From contig NKIB01013620.1 of the NCBI GenBank assembly GCA_002256025.1, positions 1 through 54,647 of the forward strand: a stretch of DNA of 54,647 bases, read 5' to 3'. Source of the DNA: Asterionella formosa. Lineage: Eukaryota. Position 1 is the first letter of the stretch. Every line of letters starts with the position of its first letter. Both the position numbers and the translations under genes were made by a program. Of the stretch, positions 22,848 through 33,777 are shown piece by piece. The notes beneath the pieces are model-generated. The model saw only the letters and a list, made by a program, of their open reading frames with translations, was not told the DNA's origin and did not search any database.

Positions 22848-25800
22848 ATGAAACAATCCGGTTCCAACTCTCCGAAATGGCGCAATGTTCTGACATTGGT
22901 AACGTACATTGCTTTCAGTCGACGTTGGAATACCGAAGCCCTGCAGCTTCATACAACGTTAACGTTTGCTGGTTTGAAAGCACAACGACAAGCAGCAAGA
23001 ATCTCACGAGTCCCTTCCTGGTTGCTTCCTCAGACAGTTCTGCCACCGCCGCCACGAGCTCGCAAACTAACCAACCTCGCTGGTTCAGAAAGTCATTTGG
23101 ACGAACCGGAAGGCCAAAACGACGAAGACTTCCCCATGGAGTTTCTTGCGGAACTGAAAGAGAACAACTTATCTGACGGCAAGCGGAAACGAGATCAACT
23201 CAAGTCATCGTGGGATTCTTATACAAACGAAGTAAGACCCAACTCAAGAATGGAAAATCCGATGGACAGTGCAAACCCCGAGGATGACAACGAATGGTTC
23301 GATGTCGCGCGGAACGAAATTAAGGATAAGTACGAAGGCATTCGCAAGAAAGTGCGGAAGGAGCTGGCTGATTCAAGGCAAGCTGATCCAGATAATATGC
23401 CTGATACTGCCGAAGGAATGGTCGACACTGTGCTCCGACAAGAGATGGAGACTGTCATTAGGGAGACCCGATCAGAGATGGAACTGGACCGTTATCGACA
23501 ATTGGAACTGGATGAGTTGAGCGCAGTTGAAAACCTTGATCTAAAAAGCCTTGAAGAAGACAAGAAAGTCGCCAGATTGGTTCAAGAGAGCAAAGATGAA
23601 TTTGATCGGCAGTCTCGATCACAGGCAGAAATTGACGATTTTATGAATTATCAAAAGGAAAGACTGCGAAGCGCTGTCGAAGGCGGCGAAGATGATTCCA
23701 ATATTGTGGCCCCAACAGGTGACCTCGACTCATGGGCGTTGGACCGTATGGAAGATATGCTTTCAAACAATGCAGGCAACTCAGTACTGGAAGCAAGTGT
23801 CACTGACCTTCGCTCGCGAATAAGAAGGGCAAAAAATGACAACTCATTCAAGCCTGATTCGTATCAAGACTGGCAAATGTATAGGTCGATTTCCCAGGAT
23901 ATGAAAAACCGAACCAATGGCGTCGCTGCTAATGCTGATGATGTACTTGATCAACTCAAATCATGGAAAGCATACTTGGCTATGGAACAAGCATACCGTC
24001 AGCAAGTCGGCTTGACACCAAAACAGAAAATGCCGTTTGACTGGAGTCAAGCCAATTTGCAACAGCCTTCAGCAGCGCAATTAATATCTGCCGAGGAAGA
24101 GAAAAGAAATCCAGATACTTATCGTGCAGAAATCAACCGCGAAGCTGTCAAGGCCATGGAGAGTCTATTGCAGAAGAGACGGGGAGCACCTGGGAGTGAG
24201 GAGTTCGCGAAGCGAATAGAATCGCTAAAAGCCACCCTGGAATCGACAAACTATGTGGACAGGGTTTTAACAAAAGAAAGAAAAGTCACGTCAGGTCCAG
24301 TCGATGTTAGTGACGTGTTTGGGGTAATCGGAACACTAAAGACTGCACCGAAAAAGAAGAAGAGAACAATGGAAGAATTCAGCAAGTTCCCGGGGCCAGA
24401 GAAGAAAGAGAAATCTAACAAAGGAGCAGGTGTCAAGGACAACGTTCAACGACAACCTGAGGACGCTGATGGTTTTGTCGACGACTACGAGCCAATAGTG
24501 CCAACAACTTACGTCGAACCTCCCCTTCCGTCCCCTGAAAGACCGAAGAGTATGTTCTTTGATTCGCCTGATTCAGACGATGTTGCTGTCGATAAGAAAT
24601 CTTCAGCTCCCAAGACTCCATTCTTCGAAGAAGTAGATCGAAGTGACGAAAAACTGGGTACACTTGACGAGCAAAAACTTCGCAATATGTATCGTAAAGC
24701 TGGAGCTAGATCAGAAGAGGAACAAGACCGAATCCGGACGGGATGGGAAGAATTCCAGGCGTACGAAGCCTCAAAACGTGATCTCTCGGGTTTTTCAGAT
24801 AAAAACATGTCCGATAACTCAACTGCATCTGCCGATCTTGGATACAATATATCAGACGTTCTCAAAGAGGACGGTGACATTGATGCTGAAAAAATCATTG
24901 CCGCTATTCGTGCCCGGCGACCAAAACCATCATTAGCGAGTGGAAACAATGCAAATACGTCGACTATACAAGAACCTGAGTCATTGGCTGCATCTCTTGA
25001 TGCAATTACAAGCAATGAAATGTCTCCCTTGCAACCTGTTGAAAATTCCAAAGAAGACTTACGACAAATTATTTCTACGAATTCTGAAACCGACTCTTTG
25101 CCTTTGGCGATAAGCTTAGTTTCAGATCAGGAGATTGATGAGCCAGAATGTTCCTCTCAAGAAAAAGAAATACGAGGTGAAGCCGAGCTAGATGAACAAG
25201 ACAGATTGCCAGATGTTCTGAACTATGACCAAGCTATCAAGGAGCCTAAACTGGAAAGAAAAGGAAAATTCACAAGTGAAAATTTCAAGCGGCCTCCTCA
25301 ATTCGAAAGTTTATTTGAGCAGTCTGAAGGTGCTGATGAGAACAGTAGAGATGAAAAATTGACGAATGAAGATTCCGTTGACTCTACCTCCTTCAAAAAT
25401 TCAGTGGACGGCGATGAAAAGCCATCGCATCTGAAGCCTGTTGTTGACAAGGGACGTGTGGAAAGTGCCAAATTGTCGTTTGAAGATTTCGGACTTCCAA
25501 CGCGTCCACTAGTATTGGAACAGTCTCCTAACAGTAACAACAAGGTTGAGGTGAACGAGGCGGGTACTCGATTTGCAAAGAAATCTTTTGTCAAGCGTCA
25601 AGAAAAGGAATATTTGAAACCAGACGATCTTGTAGAACTACCTCCTACACATGCGCCGAATGGGAAAGCGCTTGGAGGTTTCCTAGGCGACGAAGCCTTT
25701 GACGATATCCCAGTCCCTCGAAAGGCAAATCCAGATGATATGGCGCGTCGAAAGGAAGAATTTGAACGCCTTCGTGCGCTACAAGAGAAGAGACGAGCAG

Positions 25801-27713
25801 GGTTAGATTTAACAGATGTCATTGGTAGTCGGACTCGTGGTGAAGACTTCAAGAAGAATTCGATGGAGGACTATTTTTTCCCTATTCGCAACTCGGATGC
25901 TGACCTTTCCAGCTTTCGGGCGCGAAAATCAACCTTGTTGGAGAGGCCACTATTGAACGTAGTGGATGTAAACAACCTGATGGATCTTAAGGACTCGCTT
26001 GAGGGCGATGGACTTTCTCGTTATATTCCTCCAATCAGTAAGCCATTCCGTGAGTTTGGAGTCATCTTCAGATTGGAAGGAGTTCTTGTTGATATAACTG
26101 GCCTTCAGAACATGGCGTGGACGAGGGTTGCGGAAATGCACAATTTCGAATCTCCGCTTGTGGAAGATGTCAGATTGGCTACTGTTGTCAAACCTGAATT
26201 CGCTGTTCAACGAATATTCTATTGGTCGAATGATATGGAAGTTTGTCGCGAAGTGGCTGAAAGTCACTCGAAAGTTATCAAAGATCTCGTTATTGATATG
26301 CTTAGAAATGACAAGAACATGATTGGGCATTCTTCTACATCATCGACATCAATGAGTAAATCCGCTCAGAGTATTGGTGATGAAATGTTAACGCGAAGTG
26401 GCGAAAATGAGAAGAGCACGCTTACTGTCAATGCTCTACAGAAAGTTCATCACCAAGCGTGGAGGGAGGTAGCTGTGGAGCGCGGTTTCAAGCCTCCTTC
26501 GTTTGATGATGCTGTTGCCGCTATGGCAATCAATGATCCTGCATACATTATACGCGAGTGGTTCAAGTGGTCAACTGACATGTATGTTATTCAAGAGATT
26601 AGTCAGTCTTACCGTGAAATGGTATTAAAGATAGTCGGCGAGAAAACTGGAGTGAAGATTGATTCAACACAAAAAAGGAAGGGTCGCGGTTTTTTACCAG
26701 CTATGGTGGACCCATCTCTTTGGAGGGAACAAAATCAAGGAAGTGTTGACGAGATCGAAGCTCGCGCCAGGAAGGAGTTGCTGATCAAGCTGGCAAAAGA
26801 TGCATGGTTTATTCTTGCTCGCACACATGGGTTCCCGAAGCCACAAAAGGGGCTGATTTCGCAAGCTTTGAGGGTTGGTCCTGATGAAGCCGTCATGACT
26901 GTCTTTGGCTGGGCCAAAAACGCAAGGGAGAAGCTTGATCTGGTCAGGTCGTACTATGAAATCTTCAACGGGAAACTTGACAGATCAAAATTACGCCAGG
27001 GAAGTTCAGTAAGTTCTAAAGCACCGGACGCTGAACTTACCCCTGTGCAGGTCATTGATGGTGCTGTGAAGTGGGTATCGTCGCTTGTTAATGTTGAAAT
27101 GTCATGTGGCATTGTATCGTTTTTGGAACGAGACGTTGTCGACATGATCCTGAAGCAAACTGGTTTTTCTCATCTGATTTCATCGGACAAAATCATTACC
27201 GCTTCGGACATTTACAGTCGCGATGATCAACAGTTGCTTGGAGCGGCTATCCGATTAGAACGAAAACCTGACCATTGCATTCTAATTGATTCAACACCAG
27301 AAATGTGTGTTACAGCTCGTGAAATGGAAATGAAGAGTGTTGCTATGCCGGGTATCTACCGGTTGTTTGAACTCGTTGCTGCAGACACAACTGCAAGGGA
27401 CTTCGACACCTTGACTCCCACAAGTATACGACGACTCTTCGCAGAGCGCGAGAATCAAGAACCTTTGCTCCTCTCTGAAGTCGTCAGGCCAATCAAGAGA
27501 AGGAAGGTGAAGACCCGGTTCGTCGATGAAAACGATCGTGAGTGGGATAGCGATGAATACTTCGATGAATATGGAAACTATGGCGAAAGTACAGACAGCG
27601 AGGACCGTAAAAACTACGATAAATTGGAAGATACCTTTGAAAACGCAAAATCACCAGACGATGAAGGTGGAGTTGCATTCGATGATGAGTTCAAGGGCTG
27701 GTTGTTTCAATAG
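22848..27713 (+). CDS. Very large intronless HAD-superfamily (CbbY/PYRP2-like) protein with a long acidic/coiled N-terminal region, probably plastid-targeted
   Basis: Frame of ~1620 aa from the ATG at 22848. C-terminal HAD fold: FGVIFRLEGVLVD...AW..VA..., LERKPDHCILIDSTP, MKSVA, FELVAAD. The N-terminus is hydrophobic, followed by TEA-L. Confidence 0.82.
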   Translation: MKQSGSNSPKWRNVLTLVTYIAFSRRWNTEALQLHTTLTFAGLKAQRQAARISRVPSWLLPQTVLPPPPRARKLTNLAGSESHLDEPEGQNDEDFPMEFLAELKENNLSDGKRKRDQLKSSWDSYTNEVRPNSRMENPMDSANPEDDNEWFDVARNEIKDKYEGIRKKVRKELADSRQADPDNMPDTAEGMVDTVLRQEMETVIRETRSEMELDRYRQLELDELSAVENLDLKSLEEDKKVARLVQESKDEFDRQSRSQAEIDDFMNYQKERLRSAVEGGEDDSNIVAPTGDLDSWALDRMEDMLSNNAGNSVLEASVTDLRSRIRRAKNDNSFKPDSYQDWQMYRSISQDMKNRTNGVAANADDVLDQLKSWKAYLAMEQAYRQQVGLTPKQKMPFDWSQANLQQPSAAQLISAEEEKRNPDTYRAEINREAVKAMESLLQKRRGAPGSEEFAKRIESLKATLESTNYVDRVLTKERKVTSGPVDVSDVFGVIGTLKTAPKKKKRTMEEFSKFPGPEKKEKSNKGAGVKDNVQRQPEDADGFVDDYEPIVPTTYVEPPLPSPERPKSMFFDSPDSDDVAVDKKSSAPKTPFFEEVDRSDEKLGTLDEQKLRNMYRKAGARSEEEQDRIRTGWEEFQAYEASKRDLSGFSDKNMSDNSTASADLGYNISDVLKEDGDIDAEKIIAAIRARRPKPSLASGNNANTSTIQEPESLAASLDAITSNEMSPLQPVENSKEDLRQIISTNSETDSLPLAISLVSDQEIDEPECSSQEKEIRGEAELDEQDRLPDVLNYDQAIKEPKLERKGKFTSENFKRPPQFESLFEQSEGADENSRDEKLTNEDSVDSTSFKNSVDGDEKPSHLKPVVDKGRVESAKLSFEDFGLPTRPLVLEQSPNSNNKVEVNEAGTRFAKKSFVKRQEKEYLKPDDLVELPPTHAPNGKALGGFLGDEAFDDIPVPRKANPDDMARRKEEFERLRALQEKRRAGLDLTDVIGSRTRGEDFKKNSMEDYFFPIRNSDADLSSFRARKSTLLERPLLNVVDVNNLMDLKDSLEGDGLSRYIPPISKPFREFGVIFRLEGVLVDITGLQNMAWTRVAEMHNFESPLVEDVRLATVVKPEFAVQRIFYWSNDMEVCREVAESHSKVIKDLVIDMLRNDKNMIGHSSTSSTSMSKSAQSIGDEMLTRSGENEKSTLTVNALQKVHHQAWREVAVERGFKPPSFDDAVAAMAINDPAYIIREWFKWSTDMYVIQEISQSYREMVLKIVGEKTGVKIDSTQKRKGRGFLPAMVDPSLWREQNQGSVDEIEARARKELLIKLAKDAWFILARTHGFPKPQKGLISQALRVGPDEAVMTVFGWAKNAREKLDLVRSYYEIFNGKLDRSKLRQGSSVSSKAPDAELTPVQVIDGAVKWVSSLVNVEMSCGIVSFLERDVVDMILKQTGFSHLISSDKIITASDIYSRDDQQLLGAAIRLERKPDHCILIDSTPEMCVTAREMEMKSVAMPGIYRLFELVAADTTARDFDTLTPTSIRRLFAERENQEPLLLSEVVRPIKRRKVKTRFVDENDREWDSDEYFDEYGNYGESTDSEDRKNYDKLEDTFENAKSPDDEGGVAFDDEFKGWLFQ

Positions 27714-27883
27714 AATTTTAATAGAATATATACGTCTGTATAGTTAAACGCAATTTTGATGAAGAATATATAATCACTTTCGGATCAAATATTGTGCATA
27801 CATTTCGCAAGGAGAACGAGGGAATGGCTCTGGGTTTAATGACGCGGGTTCGTGCTCCAGTCGTTTGGCTATAATGAAAAAAA

Positions 27884-28523
27884 TTACAATCCCCCATGAT
27901 TGATGAAATGGGATGTCATAGTATTCAGGTATCCTCCCTGGAGTGCCCACATCCATTCTTGAAGAGTTAAGGCCTCACGAGCTTCACCCCCAAAGTTGTG
28001 GGTACCAACAAGGCCAGCCATGACCATTGCAATGGCAACGGCACTAGCCAATTGAACATTCGACTCTGAGAGCAAGGCGGAAGCTTCACTCGAAGCCCGT
28101 CGCGCCGCACTGGATGAGATAGAAAAGAAATAGATGGGATAAGAATGTAGTTTGTGATGCAATGTGATAAGGGAAGGGGCAAAGAACGTACGTGCGCGAT
28201 CCATTCACTTTGGCCCGAAGGTTGGCAACGATCTCGGCCACAACGTCCTGCTCTTCACAAACAGCGTGACTCGATAAAGTACCAGCGGCGCAGCCAGACT
28301 GAACATGAAGAACATCGTGAAGATATCCCTCAGCTTCTTCAACGGAGCACGAATCTGAAAAGGCACATTCTTGAGCCCTGTGCATCAAATAGATTGCGTC
28401 GTCTTCTGTAGCAACCGCGAAGGCGTTCAATGCCGATCGACTTCGAACTAACGATGGAAGTGTGCTGAAGGCAGCACTGGAAGACACGCATAGAGCAGCG
28501 AGAGTAACCGTGAAGGAGATCAT
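27884..28523 (-). CDS. Small plastid-targeted protein with a Cys-containing domain and C-terminal TM (exons 28523-28192, 28109-27884)
   Basis: Signal peptide plus SSSAA-F cleavage motif. AQECAFSDSCSVEEA...SGCAAGTL...C. The phase-2 GT-AG intron 28191-28110 joins two ORF-track ORFs. Confidence 0.85.
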
Positions 28524-29884
28524 TGTGCTTTCGCTTGTAGGATTTATGATGTTGAGACAAGATGAACAACAAACTGTATGGAAATTTTGAAAGGACGAAC
28601 GCAGCAGAAGATTCGTGCAGATGATTACGAATCGTACATGGTGTCACCTACTGTTGGGAAGCCCTGCCGAACCCTCCTCTTATTGACCATAGTAATTCGA
28701 CATTCGAAGCGTGACGCGAATGTTCCCTAGAGTTCTCGTTGGTCGGGCTTCAGTCGTCATCACTTTAAGACAGCTGCTGAATAATAAGTACCGTATGGTA
28801 TGCGTAGTGGACAACATAGGTTATCATATGTTCATCCCTGCTTCCTTCGTATCGCTCACATTTTGCTGTGAAGGAGACTTTGTTCCCTGCCTTTTACCGG
28901 TACTCCGCCCAGTGTCAAGAACATTACTTCGAGTCACGAGGACTGTGGACTCGATTATAATCCAACAAGTCGAATCATGCATTGCCACACCAATCAGCTG
29001 ACTGGCTAACAAGATCAACAATTGAAAACTTCCATGAAAATCGAATTTTAGTTTGGTAATTGGAAATTCAAAGAGATTCTCAGAATTGCTTTGTGGAATG
29101 CAAAAATTTATGAAAAGGAAACATTTAGTTTAGCTTATAAATTTAGAATTATCAATTGAGAAAACAGTGGGTTAATTGACTGGAAAGTCAAATAGCAGAG
29201 AGACTAGAAGCGAGAAGTAAGTGGTGTACTCCAAGAAGTACGTACTAGAGAGTAATACTAGCATGTACGAATCTACGTAAAGAATACACCCACAGGAAGG
29301 AGTAGGTACGAAGCTTTAACACTCCAGCAAGGCCCGATAGCACACGTTTTATGTGCACTTATTCACTTTCGACTCACTCCCAATTACTCGTCCCATGCCT
29401 ACCGGATGAAAAAGGCTGGCTTTCGATTCCAAGCTCTTGTAGATAAATTTCAATAATGGAAAATAATCATTCATTAAATGCAAGTCGTGTTCTGATCAAA
29501 GAAATCGTGTTCACCTACTACAAGTACTGGTAATGGTATTCAGCAACTGGACGACAGTTTGCTTATATGGTTCACCAATCAGTAACGTCTAGTCGTAGTC
29601 TGCAAATTCTAGTCATTGTCAGCAATTTCTAATTGTTGTCAGAAGATTTCTCGCTGTATATAGTTACCAACTGGATCAGTAATTGTGAACAAAAGAGTCG
29701 TTTTGAAAATGTCAACGCACATAGCGTGCAGGTTGCTCGTTTTCTGTTCATCGATTCACATACGAGAAAAAGGCAGGGGTACACCCCCAAAAATTGTCTA
29801 ACCCCTAAATTTTGCTCCACTCCGTTATCCTTTAAATAATTGTTTACATAGACGTTAAGCCGTTACTCGTTTTATTGTCAAAAT

Positions 29885-30425
29885 GAGCTTGAAGTCAGCA
29901 GTCAGCGATTTCATGCCAGCAGTCAGCAATTTTTTCAAAATTTCAGCGAATCAAGTCAGCAGTCAGTAGTTAGCAAGTTGAAGTCAGCATTTTTACGATG
30001 ATACCGGTACATAATGGTAGCAATATGAAGAAGTAGATACTGTAGCAATGATTTTTTAGGCATCTATGTCTATTTCACAGTTTATTATCATGTACGGAGT
30101 ACCAGGTACGTCTATGTTACTCCCGATATTATGAACGTAGAAGGCATCGCTTTTAGTATCCCAACAACAAAAAGATGTGTTTCCATCGTTATTTAAATAT
30201 GAAAAGTAAACACGATTTGTACACTGGTACCGGTAGTTGGTCTCTTCCTGTGTACAAAGTAGCTTTCTTGACGTCAGCATGTTGAAGTTAGCAGTCTGCG
30301 ACTGCATGTCAGTAGTCAGCAAATGAAGTCAGCAGTCAGCGAATATTTCAAATTTTCAGCAAATCAAGTCAGCAGTTAACAACAAGAAGTCCGCAGTCAG
30401 CAAGTTGAAGTTGGTAGTCAGCGAT
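29885..30425. repeat. Two clusters of AGTCAGC/GTCAGCA heptamer repeats (29885-29990, 30270-30425)
   Basis: Repeated (A)AGTCAGCAGTCAGC units. The two clusters are also duplicates of each other (TTCAAA.TTTCAGC.AATCAAGTCAGCAGT). Confidence 0.85.
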
Positions 30426-31119
30426 TCTGCTGTGAAAGATGGCAGCGCTTTTCCGTTTGAAACTTTATAACGGTTACAGGTAGTATAAATAAATGGAAAT
30501 ATTTTGAGATTTTTCATCATATCTTAATTGGTGAGCCAGTCGGACGTCCAATGAAGTAGGTTGAAACCGCTACCTGGAATTTTTAGTATATAGTGCGCGC
30601 AATTCGCTGATTACCGGACCTTCCAGGCGCTCACAATGACTAGTACACCACAATCAACCACTACCCCTTGATAGTCTTGCCAATACTATGAACACACATA
30701 ACATTATATCTGTATACATGGTCACAGTCATTATCACGCCTGATGCAAGCAACAACAGCCTACCAGGGTACCAGGTACCACTATATTTACAATGATATCA
30801 TACCACATACCACATATCACTTACAAGTATGGCTGGGATATATGATATGCTCAGGGTACCCGAAGTAGCCTTTGTAGATGCTAGTGTCCAATTATTTAGC
30901 CTAGATGTTGCGATTTGTACCTATACATAAAACACTAAAGTGTAGTTGGTACAGCATTCCGTACATAAATAATAGAATGAAGAATAAGAAGATAATGTGT
31001 GTATTTTGCTCATACATCAATCAATCATTGTACTGACACAGTACCTGCTGGGGGTACTCGAAATGGCTATTTGAGTTGAAGCAGAATGGGCTAAAGTTTA
31101 ACAAAACAAGAAGATAAAT

Positions 31120-31420
31120 AACTTAATTCACATCCTTTGCTCCGATTATTCGTGTTATTCTTGTGGTAGTAGTCTTCTTTGTTTTGTGATAACTGTAAAA
31201 GTGTCAAAGATGCTCGTAACACATTTTAAAAATTGGGCATCTCTAATTAACATCAAAAATAAACCATTGGCGACTTCAATTTTCATTATCAATATCAGAG
31301 TAATTAGGATAATTCCTTTATGATTGTATCGCCTTTGTTGTTATTGATATATATGTCAAATAGCAAAGCATCGTTCTCATTTTTCATAAAGATATTTAGT
31401 TTCTTCGTCATCATAATGAA
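31120..31420 (+). repeat. Dispersed repeat related to the interior of the 9440-10050 MITE and to 50320-50740
   Basis: Shared blocks ATTATTCGTG, GCATCTCTAATTA, GCGACTTCAATTTTC and TAGCAAAGCATCGTTCTC. Confidence 0.75.
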
Positions 31421-31427
31421 GGCTGAG

Positions 31428-31553
31428 ATGACATGATGCACTATTTGCTCTCCAGCCGCTCTTCGGCAGACAATTTTAGGTTTGAGCAGGATGACATGAT
31501 GCACTATTTGCTCTCCAACCGCTCTTCGACAGTCAATTTTAGGTTTGAGCAGG
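31428..31553 (+). repeat. 63-bp tandem duplication at the left edge of long-TIR element copy B
   Basis: ATGACATGATGCACTATTTGCTCTCCA[G/A]CCGCTCTTCG[G/A]CAG[A/T]CAATTTTAGGTTTGAGCAGG, twice. Confidence 0.92.
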
Positions 31554-33777
31554 GACCATCGAGAAACGTAAGGAGCAGAATTTTCATGCGAAAGCAGCCA
31601 CATCAAAAATGGAGGGAGCCCCAAATATGCATGAAAAATAGTCACACAAGAATGATTGTAACAAGCATCAAAAAATTCGAGATAATGTTTTTAAGCAACC
31701 AAAGTATGAAACGGAAATCAAAAGGTAAGACGCAACAATTATAAGCAGGGAGTAGAATAAATAGTGAAAAAGAAATTGAGTTAGAGGAAAACTCGTGTGA
31801 AAAATCGCCAATACATGTACATCAACAATTGTCAACTTACACTTCGCTCGTTCACGTCGTCGAAGTGAAAAAATGAAATGTTCAATCAGGCCAGCAGGCG
31901 AAGCAGCAACCAATAGTTAAAGCGGCTCGGGAGGCAATGGTGCTGGAATAACTATGACTTGCGGTGGTTGTGGAGGAAGCAAGTAGCGCCGGCATGATTG
32001 TAAACTTTGGTGGCGTCGGCGTGGTGTGAAAGTTAATATATTGTAGGAGGAGAAAGATGACCAGCCCGGCGGATGGCTCAAGTTTCAAGGAACGGGATCA
32101 AGATCATCATCATGGTGGAAAATGTGATTGTACGCAGTGATGGAGTCAATTTAAACAATCACAGTAGGGTTCACTCAAAAAAAATTAAATTGAGATGACA
32201 ATCAACCTGACTTGTCAATTTCGTTGGGTGTGGTGTGGTGTGGTGTGGTTTGGTGTGGAGTCGTGTGTGCTGGAACATGGCTGGTACATTGCAAGTCGTG
32301 TCGTTGGCGTGAATGATGTAGATCATAATGGCTCCAATATTGTTTTGGAAATCATTGAGTTGCTGCTTTGGCTGGTGGATTGTTCCGACTGGCGATTCTT
32401 GTTCGACAGTGTGAACAGAAGTAAATTACAAAAGGTATTGAGTTTCAGAGAAGATGAATGGATGCAAGCATACGCAACAATCAACAGAACGTACCACTGT
32501 CTGGGAATCGTTTTGAGGCATTAGGAACATTGCAGCTATAGCTGGAAGGAACAAATGTGATGCTGGCTCCTTGGATATTGGATTGTGAGTACGATATACA
32601 TAGTCGAGATGTTTCATGTGGAAAACAAAATAGTCTGATTATTGGTATTACCGTGATTCACATAAAATCGACCAAACAACAATCAGCAGAGCATATCGCT
32701 TCCATCCTTGTTTGTCGTTCCACACTGTTGGTTAGATTCAATTTTATCTATCTACATGAGAAACAATGTATTTATCGATGACTACTCTTTGACGACGTAT
32801 TATTGTTGATCATATTTGTTGATTTGTATAGTCGTTTATCATGATGTCAAGAATATTGCCACCAAGCAATGCTTTTCTTGTACTAACGCGCTTTGCTACA
32901 TTTCTACTACGAGTTTATATCACAAGCTACATAAATACTCAGCTACAGGGAGTCAATAGTGCTGGAGCTTCCTGATGATCACAATCAATCAGAACGGATT
33001 GGAATGAAATGGTCAGGGCTGCTGTGCCATTTGATGGGAGGAACAACTGTGGGCGGAAGGACTGCAAGCAACTTGAGTCAGGCTACTACAGCGATGTTCA
33101 TGGTTGCATCAACCACATCATCTACACTTCATCACGATGCAGATTTCAATTGGGTTGAGCTTTTTTCTTCTTATCTGTTTCATTTTGCTCTTTGATCATG
33201 GTGTGATGGAAAGTCATTGTTGCCTGGTGTGTAAGTGCTACAATGCATACATCTCAATTGAAACTCCTATTTTTCACTTCATTTCTAACCCAAAACATTG
33301 TTTTCTATTTCTCATTTGATGCTACTTATTACATCGCATTTCATACTTTGGTTGCTCCAAACATCATGTTCAATTTTCATTGATGTTGCATGTTACAATC
33401 ATTCTCGTGTGTTTTACGCTTGTTGTACCCTTTCTATGTATTTTACCGTTATTCTGGCTGTTATGCTAAAATCGGTAATTTTAATGCCGAAAAAACTGAT
33501 ATGCCCCATATTGCCCCTAAATAAAATCTACTTAAGAAATTTCTTAGAACCTAAAAACGACGATAGCTGGAGCGGGAATTGCCTAGTGAAGACCCTACTG
33601 GGGAGGAGTCTGCCTACTCATAATTTTGTGTACCCGACTTGGGAGGCCCTCGCAGGTTGACCTTCTCGCAGCGCCGGGAGCGCCACTCGTTCGGTCAACC
33701 TACTCGCGCCTTCCAAGCCTCGAACACAAGAATACTCGCAGGCAGTCTCCACCCTCGGTTGTGTCTTACCTTCAGTA
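31465..33777. mobile_element. Long-TIR non-autonomous DNA element, copy B, ending in a rod hairpin (33589-33767) and CTTACCTTCAG|TA
   Basis: 31640-31800 is the inverted match of 33260-33410 (e.g. GCAACCAAAGTATGAAA / TTTCATACTTTGGTTGC; AGAATGATTGTAACA / TGTTACAATCATTCT). Homologous to copy A. Confidence 0.7.

Noticed and set aside
29340..29420. Hammerhead-like string on the minus strand (GGACGAG...GAGTCGAAAGTG...CAC)
   Set aside because: It lacks the CUGANGA core, a proper stem II and the U-H cleavage triplet.
29885..31553. CRISPR-like array (heptamer clusters, 63-bp duplication)
   Set aside because: No constant repeat with unique spacers, no cas genes, and a eukaryotic context.
32225..32260. 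(TGTGG)n run, also (TA)n at 11112-11131
   Set aside because: Short ordinary microsatellites; not telomeric TTAGGG.
33589..33767. Rod hairpin as SRP RNA, snoRNA or pre-miRNA
   Set aside because: No SRP helix-8 or Alu motifs and no C/D boxes. It is multi-copy, CpG-decaying and fixed to a TA-flanked repeat end.
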